A program made the position numbers and the translations under genes. This document shows, one piece after another, positions 24,950 through 36,315 of a stretch of DNA of 64,000 nt (position 1 is its first letter; each line of letters begins with the position of its first letter). The notes beneath the pieces were generated by a model, which worked only from the letters and a program-made list of their open reading frames with translations, was not told the DNA's origin and made no database searches. Where the stretch lies: positions 67,347,923 to 67,411,922 of the forward strand of contig NC_085844.1 of the NCBI RefSeq assembly GCF_035594765.1. Reading direction: 5' to 3'. Origin of the DNA: Anolis carolinensis. Lineage: Eukaryota.

Positions 24950-26480
24950 GAGAACTTATATTGCAAAGAAGCTTTTGGAGGAAAAAGAAGTAATTCTGCT
25001 TTTGCCATATTTTTAGGCAAAGATGAAGTATCCATGCTGAGATAGCTAAAAGCCGTGCTGTAATAAAATGTTCAGTATCAGAAAAATGCTTTAGGGTGGA
25101 AACATATAGTTGAGTTTCATCAGTATAAGGATGATATTCGGAAACTGTAAGAATAAATAAGATAATCCAGAGATAGGATATAAAGAAAAGCAACAAAGGG
25201 TCCAGTACAAAATGCTGAGGAACATGAAATGAGAGAAGATAATATGGTGATGTAAAATCTTCAGCCACATGAAATGACTGGCTTGGGAGATGACAGGTGA
25301 CCCAGCTGAGGATTGGATCAATAATCTCTGTGTCATGAAGAAAATTCAACAGAAGGGATAACTGAGTCCATGATGCAAGGAGAAATCTGGAATAAGGACT
25401 GGATCTGAGCCTTTTCACATAATCAAAATAAAATTATAATTATAATTGTAAGGGCTATCTCCACAAAGTGCAAAGAACATCATCCATATTAAATAGATCC
25501 ATCATAGAAATACCAGGAAGTTGAGCCAAAGTACATGAACCCCACATTTCAAACTTCCAAGGGAGAAGACAACAGTGAAATGGGAGAATAAGTAGGAAGA
25601 TAATATGAAGTGAAGGCTTCTTAAAAATTAAAGAAACAGTAGCATATTTAATTCAGGCCTCAAGTATAGTAGCCATTTAATGCATTTAAACAAGTACTGA
25701 AGAAAGTACTCATAGGCATTTAATGACTTTTTTCACATGCTGTTGTGAGAGTTTCTTGTTTGATTGTAGCAGCAAGCTAGCTTTAAAGTTCATTAAATAG
25801 TGTAGATGGAGTTGCAGAAGGAAATGATAAGTCAATAGAAAGGGACATAGTAATAATGTGGAGAAAAGAATAGAGAAGGACAGGGACAACGGTACCAGTA
25901 ATTTAAAAAGTGAATCAGGGCAGGATTAAGACAACAGGTAACAGAATTTGAAGACCTCAGTGGTTTCATCTAGCAAAATGGTGTGGGAATAGAAAAATGA
26001 GAAGAAACAGATACTTGGTAAGCTGGAAATGAAGACAGTCCAGAAACAGCAAGATTTGAATTGATAGTTTCAATTTTAGTATTTAAAAAGTGTGTGAAAT
26101 TTAGAATAAAGGAGAAAAGTGGTACAGACGCTAGGAAAGATAATTAAGAATAGAGAATACTATGGATGTTGTGCATTAGAGTGAATCAATGATATATAGT
26201 ATTTCTGATTGGCTAGAATAATTGAACAAACGAGATAAGAAAGAATGAATTTAAAATGAATCCTTTTGTGATCTTGCATAGATGTTAAACTAAGTGATAT
26301 CAGGAACAGTGATATCAAATATAAGGAGCAAGCCAGGGCTGAGGTTTGGTAGCAAGGACCATACATGTTGACAAAGGGGGGAAATGATCAAGAATTAAGT
26401 TTTAAAAAATAAGACAAATGAAATGCAGCGGATAAAAAACAAGGTGAAAGCAAGGTGTGGGGATTGCAGCAACTAAAACA
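24950..26480 (-). mobile_element. Ancient, highly diverged L2 LINE
   Basis: HVPQHFVLDPLLL / YTDETQLYV / ISAWI are decayed GVPQGSVLGPLLF / YADDTQLY / ISAWM motifs; limits approximate. Confidence 0.6.
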
Positions 26481-26515
26481 TGAGTCCTAGAAGGCAACCC
26501 CCTGCCCACACCTTC

Positions 26516-26630
26516 CAGTGTTCTCAATCTGTTGATCCCCAGATGTTTTGGCTTCCAACTCCTAGAAATCCTAACAGCTGGTAAACTGGTTGGCCAAAAC
26601 ACCTGGGGACCCACAGGTTGAAAACCACTG
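26516..26630. mobile_element. Short hAT MITE (CAGTGGTTCTCAACC family)
   Basis: Palindromic element with TIRs, related to 50973-51093. Confidence 0.75.
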
Positions 26631-28373
26631 CACCAACCCTTCCAATAAAACTCAAGAAGTATCTCTAAAAGATGTTTGTCTGTTTACAGATTTGTTAGGA
26701 ATGGGGGGTGTTATTGATATCACTATTTCTACCCCAGATTCTACAATAACATTGTCCAACTCAGTGCTAAGTGCTTCATTATTTATGAATCAGTGAATCA
26801 GGGCAACTAGGACATCTTCTAAAGAACTTCATGGAGAAGAAGTGGTGATAAGAAAACCACTCATGTTTTTCTTATGATCAGGAAGCTAGAAAACAATGGA
26901 TTCTTGTTTAGAACATGAAGATTTCATCAATTCTATTTGCTACCTAATAAAGTTTTAAAATATGTGCACATAATCTAGCCTTACCTTTAAATGGTCATAG
27001 ATGAAATAGGGACTCAAGATAGTCTTTGTGTGCAATATTACAGCACTTGAGATCTATAAGCCTGCTCTCCACGTGTTTTGGGAGCAATATAATGATAAGA
27101 ATGAAGTGACTAAAATGATAATGACAACAGCAGGAGCAATAGTACACCTCGTTCTGTACCATCAAGCACAGTTTGGACTTCTGAGGTTTTAAAAGTAAAG
27201 AACACACAGTGAATCTAATGGCAAGTATTTAAAACTGTGAGATGTTTAAAAAGTTGTTTGCGATATGCTACATATAAGTGGGAAAATTCCACAGAACTTG
27301 GGTGATATCTTGGGAATTCCTGAACTGACCCTTTAAGTTCTGGGTTTGTTGCATTAATTAATTAATTTAACACATTGCATGTGCTAGTCTTTTTGTGGTT
27401 ATTTTCAAACTTAATAAATATTTGATAAGTTGGTTCTAAGAATGTTCTTTTACAATAAATAAAAATAAACGTATGTTATGGCAACTCTTCTAAAATCTGG
27501 GGAAGGGGGTGGATAGATCTCTGCAAAATCACAGTTGCAGATGGAAAAGTTATTAAAACTGCATTAAGGTTGAAAATGGATCTTCACACACTGATAATAT
27601 ATTCAAAACAAATGTATCCCTTATGACAATTAACCTAACAGAATTTTCACATCACCAACCAATAAATCTCATTTAATTTAAAAGCAGATTAAAAAAAAAC
27701 ATTGGAATGACTTTCACTAAAAGATACCATTACTGGCAATTAAAGCTGGAGTTACCTCAAACAAATTGGATCTTAAACTCATCAAATATTGTTCCCAGTT
27801 GCATCTTCCAAATATCAAGCTTAATTGTGTTTCTGTCTCAGGAGGTCTTGAGGAATGTTTAGAGTAATTGATCAATACAAAGTTTAACCACAAATAGTTA
27901 CAAAGCATGATAGGTTTCATAGACATGAAGTGCATTAAAATGGAAGCTCTATTTGTGACATGATGTTTTTGGTTGACCAACCGAGCATGAAACCAGCCAT
28001 GTGGAAATCCCATATGCTCTTGAGGCATTCACTTTGGACTTATTGTCAAATGTGACTCACCACTGTCTTTCCTATACTGTATTAATTCATCATAATTGGC
28101 CATTGGAAATTCTTCTTATGTTTATAATACAGTCTTGTGGTAAACTATAGGTCTCAGATGTATGTTTTGCTCATGGTTTGCTTAAGGAACATGTACAATA
28201 TGGTAGTTTGAAAAATAGTTGAATACTAAGAATAAAGACATTTTCATTAACTGACTGAGAGTTGAAAATGTGCCTTTACTTTGTGATTTATTTTTCTGTT
28301 CATTGTGTTGGCATCCCTCTTTTTCATCAGTTTGTGCCAAGGGTGACTAACAGAAATTACAGATGCAATAAAT

Positions 28374-28376
28374 GTA

Positions 28377-28420
<44 letters not shown>
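28374..28420. repeat. (AAT)n microsatellite
   Basis: Direct read; similar arrays at 22217-22269, 42146-42196 and 55677-55732. Confidence 0.95.
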
Positions 28421-28421
<1 letters not shown>

Positions 28422-28721
28422 GTATTATTATTTTAAAAATAAAAAAAGAATCAGAGAAGACGGCTTGTTCACAATATTTAAACATTGTCTTATAAGCCAA
28501 AAGTATTATGGAACATATAAACTGAATTTGAGAAAAGGCAATAAATGCATATTCATGAACAAAAATTTTCAGGGCCTGGGAGGCAGTCAGTGAAAAAACC
28601 CTTACTCCCATTCCTCGCAACTGTACTTACCATATTGCTCATAACAGCCAGGAGGTCCTATTTGCAGTACCACACTATGCCAATAGCCACATCCTCCATG
28701 ACAGTCTAGGGTAGACCAAAA

Positions 28722-29052
28722 GTAAAGGTAAAGGTTTCCTCTGATGTTAAGTCCCGTCGTGACCGACTCTGGGGTTGGTGCTCATCTCCATTTCTAAGCT
28801 GAAGAGCCAGCGTTGTCCATAGACACCTCCAAGGTCATGTGGCCGGCATGACTGCATGGAGCGCCGCTACCTTCCCACCGGAGCGGTACCTCTTGATCTA
28901 CTCACATTTGCATGTTTTCGAACGGCTAGGTTGGCAGGCGCTGGGGCTAACAGCGGGTGCTCATTCCGCTCCCAGGATTTGAACCTGGGACCTTTTGGTC
29001 CGCAGATTCAGCAGCTCAGCGCTTTAACACACACTGTGCCACCAGGGGCCCC
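28722..29052 (-). mobile_element. Sauria SINE, full length
   Basis: aaaggtaaaggtttc tail, close similarity to 24605-24936, GTAGAC(C)AAAA flanks. Confidence 0.9.
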
Positions 29053-29100
29053 GAGTAGACAAAAAAATCAAATCAGTTAATGTGGATTATCTGTTTGGAT

Positions 29101-29253
29101 AATCTGGATTATATGGCAGTGTAGAAGGGGCCTCAGGTAGGATTCTCTCTACTCATTAAGGTTTTTTTTTGGTCTACCCAAAAAAAAAAAACCCTTAATG
29201 AGTAGAGAGAATCCTACCTGAGGCCCCTTCTACACTGCCATATAATCCAGATT
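29101..29253. repeat. Near-perfect ~70-bp-arm inverted repeat (fold-back)
   Basis: 29101-29170 is the reverse complement of 29180-29253 apart from homopolymer lengths; 9-nt centre GGTCTACCC. Confidence 0.95.
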
Positions 29254-30665
29254 CTGGGCACAGAATCCAATTCTGCCCCATATTCCCAGGCCTCTCCCAT
29301 GTGGAGGGCAGCCAACCAATCTCTTCTCCCCACTGTTGCAGTAAGGCGGAAAAATTGCATTGCAACAGAATTTCTACTGCAATCTGAGGCCCCTTCTACA
29401 CTGCCATATAACCCAGATTATCAAATCAGATGGTCCAGTTTCATCCACATTTACCCACTGCTGTGCAGAGAAAATAGGAGTGCATTAAAGAGCATACACT
29501 TTTCTTTATGTCAGTAAAAGTGATATACTATTGCTTTAATGGAATCATCGATGAGAAAGAGAGTATAAAAATCTCATTTTGTGCATTATTATATCAGTCT
29601 CATCACATTTTTGATAATAAGAGCCACTAGAGAAAATTAAGGACATCTGAATAATTTTACTGCATTTAAAATTACTAAATAACAGTTTTATGAGATGTTT
29701 GTAAACTGTATAGTGGAGCGCCATCTATAAACACTTTACTTCTTTGAACTTCTGAAACAGAACTAAGGATCTACAATTATATTATGAACTTACCTTTTTT
29801 ACTGTGCCAGGAGAGAATAACCTCAACTCTGCTGGCAGTCTTCTTTACGGATTAGGCAGAAATTCATCCAATTTTGGCTGCATTACTGCAGCGTGTTTCA
29901 ATAGACAAAGTGAAATAACTTGGCTTCATGAAAGTTTCTCCCTTGTTTCTCACAAGAGCTTCCCAACATGAATAATTTGTCCTGATGAAATTGACTGGCA
30001 GTCCCTACATGTATAAACTGGAATGCTTTATGCATTTTCTAAAGTAAGTAACAGAATTGTTCATGAAAAGGGGGATTAAAATGCATTGCTTCATATGGTT
30101 TTAACTATGCCCGAAGCAGACAAGTTCTATTTGTATGGTTTTACTAATCTTTATCATTGTGTAGTTATGAAAAAACATTCATAGGAACAAAGGGGGTGCC
30201 ATGAGAAGAAAATTCTGTGATACCAGGTCAGAGGAGAAGAATGTAGAAGAGAAAGTAACCTGGAAATTTTTCAGTAGATAAATTGGAAAAGGGCTGTTAA
30301 AAACACACATACCAGGTTCTTATTGTATTATTGTATTAAATCAAATATAAAAATCCCCCTTATTATCTTGAGATTCATATCTTCGGCGCTTGGCTTTCTA
30401 TGTATTAATATATTTCTGTATAAGTAAAATGGAATAGTGGTTTGAGTAACTTTGGAGATCAGGATTCACATTTCCAGTCAGCCATAAAACCCACATAGAA
30501 AACAAACAAATCTGAACAAATCTGCCACAAAAAAACCATGTGATACAGTCACCTTAGGGTTGCCATGAGCTGAGAGAGGAGCCTCCAAGAGTCCCAGAAG
30601 CCTTCCACCTCAGAGTGGGGCCTACTATCGCCTCAGTGTCTGCAAAAGAGGCGCTGGAGGCCTAC

Positions 30666-31080
30666 TAAGGCAGGAATGAAGGGGTAGGAGGAAATGGCCA
30701 TATAAGGAGGTACGAGCAGGCCAGGTACACAGCCGATGGGTTATCACATGGTTTCCCTGAAATCATGTGTTTTGAGAGAAACGAAAGTAATGAAGAAATG
30801 TAATACTGCACCACAAATATGCACCAATGGTTTGATATGTGGGCGGTCGTAAACTGAACCCACTGAATTGTATAAATAGACACTCGACCCTGTCTGCGGG
30901 GTTCTCCCTTTTCAGCATCTAGTTGTGCGTGGGATGAACCTCTGCAGCTGCAGGAACTCTAGTAAACTGCTTTCTTTGGAAGAAAAAGAAAAAACCTCCA
31001 GTTGTCTGTCTCCTACTTCCACTGCGTCCGCACAAGACACACGACAAGCTGAGAAAAGGGGAAGTCTGGCTTCCGCTACA
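30666..31080 (+). repeat. ERV 5' LTR
   Basis: CCAAT ~30824, TATAAATA 30871-30878, AGTAAA 30961-30966, ends CTACA; no difference seen versus 35031-35445. Confidence 0.97.
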
Positions 31081-31085
31081 TTTTC

Positions 31086-31103
31086 TGGTGACCCCGACGT
31101 GAT
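31086..31103 (+). promoter_or_regulatory. Primer-binding site, tRNA-Trp
   Basis: TGGTGACCCCGACGTGAT is the complement of the 3' 18 nt of vertebrate tRNA-Trp (...ATCACGTCGGGGTCACCA). Confidence 0.92.
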
Positions 31104-31524
31104 TCCACAATAAGACGGGCCAGGAGATCGGAGACGGATCCCGTTGGCGGGACGGTCCCAACTCGGCGGTGGGGGCCAGAGGCAACTACCGTGAGACGAG
31201 AAGGGGCCCCTGAATATTGTAAGACCGGCTGCGGTACTTGCCTCTGATGCCAACGCCGGCCGACGGTGGGAGCCGCAACGACAGCGAGGTTCCAAAGAAA
31301 CCAGGCAGGGAAAAGGATCCAGGGAAAAAGTCCAGGGGCGAAGGTTGGTCCGACGTCTACAGCAATCTGGCAAGTATAGTGGTTAAATGAGACACTAAGG
31401 GAACAGCGCTGGGAGGGACACAAAGGTTCCCAGGGAGAAAAAAGGGGTTCTGTCTTGTGATTCCTGACACACACCGTTGAGTGTCCAGGTGCCCAGTCCA
31501 AGGCAGTCCCCTCTATTAGGCAGG

Positions 31525-31590
31525 ATGGGAGGCAGTGGGTTCAAATCCACCACCCCATTACAGTGTATGTTAGACAATTTCGGCTCAGTT
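31525..31590 (+). pseudogene. gag matrix N-terminal relic
   Basis: MGGSGFKSTTPLQCMLDNF resembles the MG..S..TPL.C.L..F start of class I ERV Gag; similarity is lost afterwards. Confidence 0.6.
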
Positions 31591-32185
31591 GCAAGTAGAG
31601 CCGTAGAAGGAATTCCCCAGAGAACAAGACTTGTGAGGGTGCCCCAAGACCAAGTCGTGCAGGGCTCATGAGGAGTCGCAACTCCCGGGGAAAGGAAAAA
31701 AAAAAACTGTTTGATTTCTTTGTCATGTGTGGGGAATAATGAGTTTCAAGTTCTGCATGTTTCGTGGTAATATTGAAGTGAAAATGAAAAATGAGTCTAT
31801 AGATTTACACAAAAAATGTTGAGCACAAATATCTAGAAATGTTTTATTACGGTTGAAAAAATCTGATTCGAAGAGGGTCTGTGTTAGTTTGCTTTTGCTG
31901 ACAAGCTGCAGAGAGGCGAGAAAAAGGGAGGGAGGCTGTTAAAGTGGCTCAGAAAGTTTTCCTTGTTATTTCTGAGAAACAAAAGCTGTTTTCTTAAAAA
32001 GTTTTCTTTTGCACCTGGGCCTCATGCCAAAAAGATAGTGGGAAAATCTTGGCAGACAGTCCAAGGTAAAAAAACTCCCTGTCATTCTGGTTAAACTCAG
32101 GCGAAATGCCCAGAGAAAGATAATGGAATTCCAGTGGACAGCCAAGGTCAATGAAAGCCGCTGTGAACTAGTGAAGTTTTAAAAA

Positions 32186-32324
32186 NNNNNNNNNNNNNNN
32201 NNNNNNNNNNNNNNNNNNNNNNNNNNNNNNNNNNNNNNNNNNNNNNNNNNNNNNNNNNNNNNNNNNNNNNNNNNNNNNNNNNNNNNNNNNNNNNNNNNNN
32301 NNNNNNNNNNNNNNNNNNNNNNNN
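32186..32324. other. Assembly gap (139 N) inside the ERV
   Basis: Run of N. Confidence 1.
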
Positions 32325-35008
32325 CCTGGATCTTAAATCCTTGCTTTGGACTTATTTTGGGACAACTGGGTGAGAATGTTTCATGAGCTGAGAGAGAGTG
32401 TGTGATTTTATCTAAACAACTAACCACTAATCAGAATTCCTGTGGACCTTGTGTGAATGAGATGTATGTGTTGAATTCAAAATGCATAAAGAGTTATAAA
32501 CAATGTTAGTAGATTTGTTCAGAAGCAATTCGGAAGCTGTAGATATTTTTTTTGGGGGGGGGGGAAATGGTCTTAGGCTTAAAAAAAAAAATTCCTTGTT
32601 TTGAAAGAACAATGCTTCAGTGTTTTTAGAGAACATGGTGATACAACAGATAAGAGCTGGACATCTGCCCAGAAATTGAATCTCAAGGAAAAAAAAAATG
32701 AGCCTGAACAAGTGCACTTTTGAAAACTCAAGCCTCTGTGGGCTACTCCCCCTTTTCCTGTTCTACAGACTTAAAACCCCTTACAGGTTATAGGGAAATG
32801 TTGGAGGTTCTTTTTTTTTTTTGCAGCACTTTGGAATACAGGTGATCTTGGTGAGTCAAGAAGAAGGAGAAGGAATGTGAATGAATGTTTTGGAAAGGAG
32901 AATGCTGGAGGGTTTACATTTTTGATGGACTTTATTTTCTTACTGCGTTCTCCTACATAATAAAGGTGTTTAAAGTTTGAATTTTTAAAAGCATCTTAAA
33001 ATGTGTATAACTACAGAGAATAAAGATTATGTTTATTAAGAAAAAAAATAAAAATAAATTATTTTTGAAAAAAAAAAATTGACCCCATATTCCTGACACA
33101 GAAGGATTAAGAACTGACATTGATTTTTAAATTTTTGATTGACATTTTATTCAAAAAGGGAGCTAGTGCCCAAGTGATAAAAAGTTATCCTTTTGAGAAC
33201 CAAAGACATGATATAATTGGCTACGTCTCATGTTGCTTCATAATAATTTTGTGAGATTTGGATTCTGGACTTTGTGATTTTGGCCCAACTCTTTCTAAAG
33301 GTTACGGAAAGGAAGGACTAGGACTTTTGTAAACGGGACATTAGATCATGCAAATAGGGGCATTTTTTCCATCGCCCCCAGCCTGGATTTTGCCAGATTT
33401 GAGAAGCGGCAGGAGGCTTTTCAACGTGTGTTACTAACAAATTTTGAGTTGTTCAACGAGTCGGTGTAAAAGGGGAATTGAGTAAGTTTAACACTGCAGC
33501 AGGACTGGAGTGGAAGATTGCATTGCAGCAAGTGGATACACGATTGTTAAATCGTTTGCGGAAAGGAAAAGAAAAAGATGCGGAGAAGAAAGATTTTGTT
33601 GGATTTCAAGACAGATGAGTGTGTTGTCAAAGGCACAACCTCTGAGGAGGCCTGCCTTGGATGTGAGCGAAACGACTAGAGAGAGTGCTTCAAGAGCCAT
33701 ACAGCCTGGAAGGATGAGTATTTCCCTCCCCTTCTTTTCCCTCTCATTGTTTTTTGCTACAGGTCCTGAACTCCTGTATGGGATAAACCCAGAAGTCTAT
33801 GAGACATGTTTATTGAGAGGCCTGGGAGGGCCTATAGGTGTTGCTGAGTGTTAAGGCTGTGATGGAGTGTGGCATCAGGCTGGAGGCTGTAAGGGCTGAC
33901 CAACTCAACAACATACAATTTTCTATTTTGACCCAACTCTCCTGGATAGGACCTTTTGTAATGGGACATTGCAAATAATTCGGATTTTTGACGGATTTGA
34001 GAGACAATGAGGGACTTTTTCATATGCCATCTAACAACCTTGCTTTTTAAGCCAAAAGGAGGATATAGCACGGAGACAATGTGACAAAGAATAAAATAAG
34101 TTAACCATTGCAGCAGGACCAGAGTAAAAAGGATTACTGCAGATCGCGAAAGAAGGCCCATGGAGGAATCATTTCTCAAGAGGCCATGGAGGGGTCGTTT
34201 GGGAGCTGAATAGTGGCCTACCTCCCCCACCCGTGGAGAGACAAGGGATTTCAACAAGATTGGCTGAGACAAAAGTGATGCCGAACAGGATGATCGACAG
34301 ATGGGTAATCCGTTCCCCCTCCCCCATTCTCTCTCACTGTCTTCCTGCTTTCTTTTTCAGCTTTTTGGACTCCTGTTCCAAAATTGGAGATCCATAAGGC
34401 ATTGTTACTGAGAGGCCTGTTTTCCAAAATGGAGATCCATAAGGCATTATTACTGGAAGGCCTGTTTTGGAATCCAAAACCCGTAGGAGTTTAAGTCTAC
34501 CCCACGCCACACATACTGGGTATGACAGCTAAAGCCCTGTGAGAGATGGAGATTTTCTTTACAGACTTTTCTTTACACAGAGACAATTCTTAGAGACTAG
34601 AGACTTGATTGGACAAAGAGACTTTCTTCAAATTAACTGAACATTATTCCTTTGATCAAGGAAGAGGAAACACACCCCCAGTTTGACTTTATGCCAAAGA
34701 CTGAAAAGACCTGAAAGTTGGACATGTATGTGAATGGCCACCTCTGGCCATAGCAACAAATCCATCATCGGAAGAAGCCAAATGACTGGGCTAGATCAGA
34801 ATTCTACTGTGGACTATGTCCTTTCTAAAACCTGATTAATATTTTTAATCCTCATGTGTTGTTTACCTCTGGTGATGAAACTATGTACAAATGCTATTCT
34901 GCGCTCATTTTCCACTGAAAAGATAGCTTGGCTGCAAGCTAGAAGGGATTGGAGGGACCCATAAGTCTGCTCATTTAGTTTGCTTCAGCTTTTGTATACA
35001 CGCTTCGC

Positions 35009-35030
35009 AAAAAAAAAAAAAATGGGGGAA
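35009..35030 (+). promoter_or_regulatory. Polypurine tract
   Basis: A14-T-GGGGGAA immediately before the 3' LTR. Confidence 0.85.
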
Positions 35031-35445
35031 TAAGGCAGGAATGAAGGGGTAGGAGGAAATGGCCATATAAGGAGGTACGAGCAGGCCAGGTACACAGCCG
35101 ATGGGTTATCACATGGTTTCCCTGAAATCATGTGTTTTGAGAGAAACGAAAGTAATGAAGAAATGTAATACTGCACCACAAATATGCACCAATGGTTTGA
35201 TATGTGGGCGGTCGTAAACTGAACCCACTGAATTGTATAAATAGACACTCGACCCTGTCTGCGGGGTTCTCCCTTTTCAGCATCTAGTTGTGCGTGGGAT
35301 GAACCTCTGCAGCTGCAGGAACTCTAGTAAACTGCTTTCTTTGGAAGAAAAAGAAAAAACCTCCAGTTGTCTGTCTCCTACTTCCACTGCGTCCGCACAA
35401 GACACACGACAAGCTGAGAAAAGGGGAAGTCTGGCTTCCGCTACA
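35031..35445 (+). repeat. ERV 3' LTR
   Basis: Direct repeat of 30666-31080. Confidence 0.97.
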
Positions 35446-36129
35446 CTACCATTGCCCCTGCCACCAATCCGGAGCCTACCATTGCCATAGCTCCGCTGCT
35501 TGGGTGGGGGCCCCTATCGTTCCTCTGCCACTTCGCTCCCGGATTACGATCCTCCCTCCCTCACTGCTGCTGCCTGCATCGGAGGCCCAACACTGCTACA
35601 GCGGGGCTTGCTGTCACCCTGCTGCCCACGCAGGGACACAAGAGGCCTGTCACCAGCGGGCGGCTGCATCTAGGCTTCACCATTGCCCCGTCACTGAGAT
35701 CAACTGTGGCCTACTTGGCCAGTGAGTGACTACATTGAGCTGCTTTTACCATTGGACATTTTCCATCATTGCCCCCTCTGATGTTGCTGCAGCTGTTGCG
35801 TTCAAACCAGATAGGCTGTCCTGGGGCCTCCTCCACTGTTTAGCCCCTGGCTACTGTGTTCCACTGCTGGCTTGTTTCACCGCCATTATCATTGTTGCCC
35901 TTGGAGGAGATGCTGTTGCTTATCATCACACAGTGTTTGAACTTTTATTAGTAAGCCACTCCTTTGCCCCCCACCCACCCAAGAACAATTGGGTGTGGGG
36001 TGAATTGGACTAATTTTAGGTGGGTGTAAACTGTGTCTGACAACAATTTGAGGGTGTTGAACTGCTATTTATCAGAGTTTTGGCCGTTTAAGCCACCAGA
36101 CTGTAAGATCTGTATTTTTGATATGTTTG

Positions 36130-36315
36130 ATATGTTTTAATCAAGCCTATTTTAATTTATATGTATACTTTTTTGCAGTTTTATAATGTTGTGTTTTACT
36201 GATATTGTTGTCTGAATATAGCATTGAAATATTGCCATAGTTTGTAAGCCACCCTAATCCCCCTTCGGATGTGAGAAGGGTTGGGTATAAGTACAGTAAA
36301 TAATAAATAAATAAA
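36130..36315 (+). mobile_element. L2-type 3' tail
   Basis: tgtaagccaccctaatccccttcggatgtgagaagggttgggtataa + (TAAA)n. Confidence 0.65.

Larger units (their letters stand above)
30666..35445 (+). mobile_element. Endogenous retrovirus, non-autonomous, class I (gamma/epsilon)-like
   Basis: Two 415-bp LTRs, 4-bp TSD CTAC (30662-30665, 35446-35449), PBS, PPT, gag-start relic, no intact retroviral ORF. Confidence 0.95.

Noticed and set aside
28262-28620. Poly-Ile ORFs (also poly-Ile at 42019 and poly-Asn at 55508)
   Set aside because: Translations of (AAT)n microsatellites
30912-31501. 153-aa and 141-aa antisense ORFs over the ERV LTR and leader
   Set aside because: Expected by chance in a GC-rich leader; no homology evident
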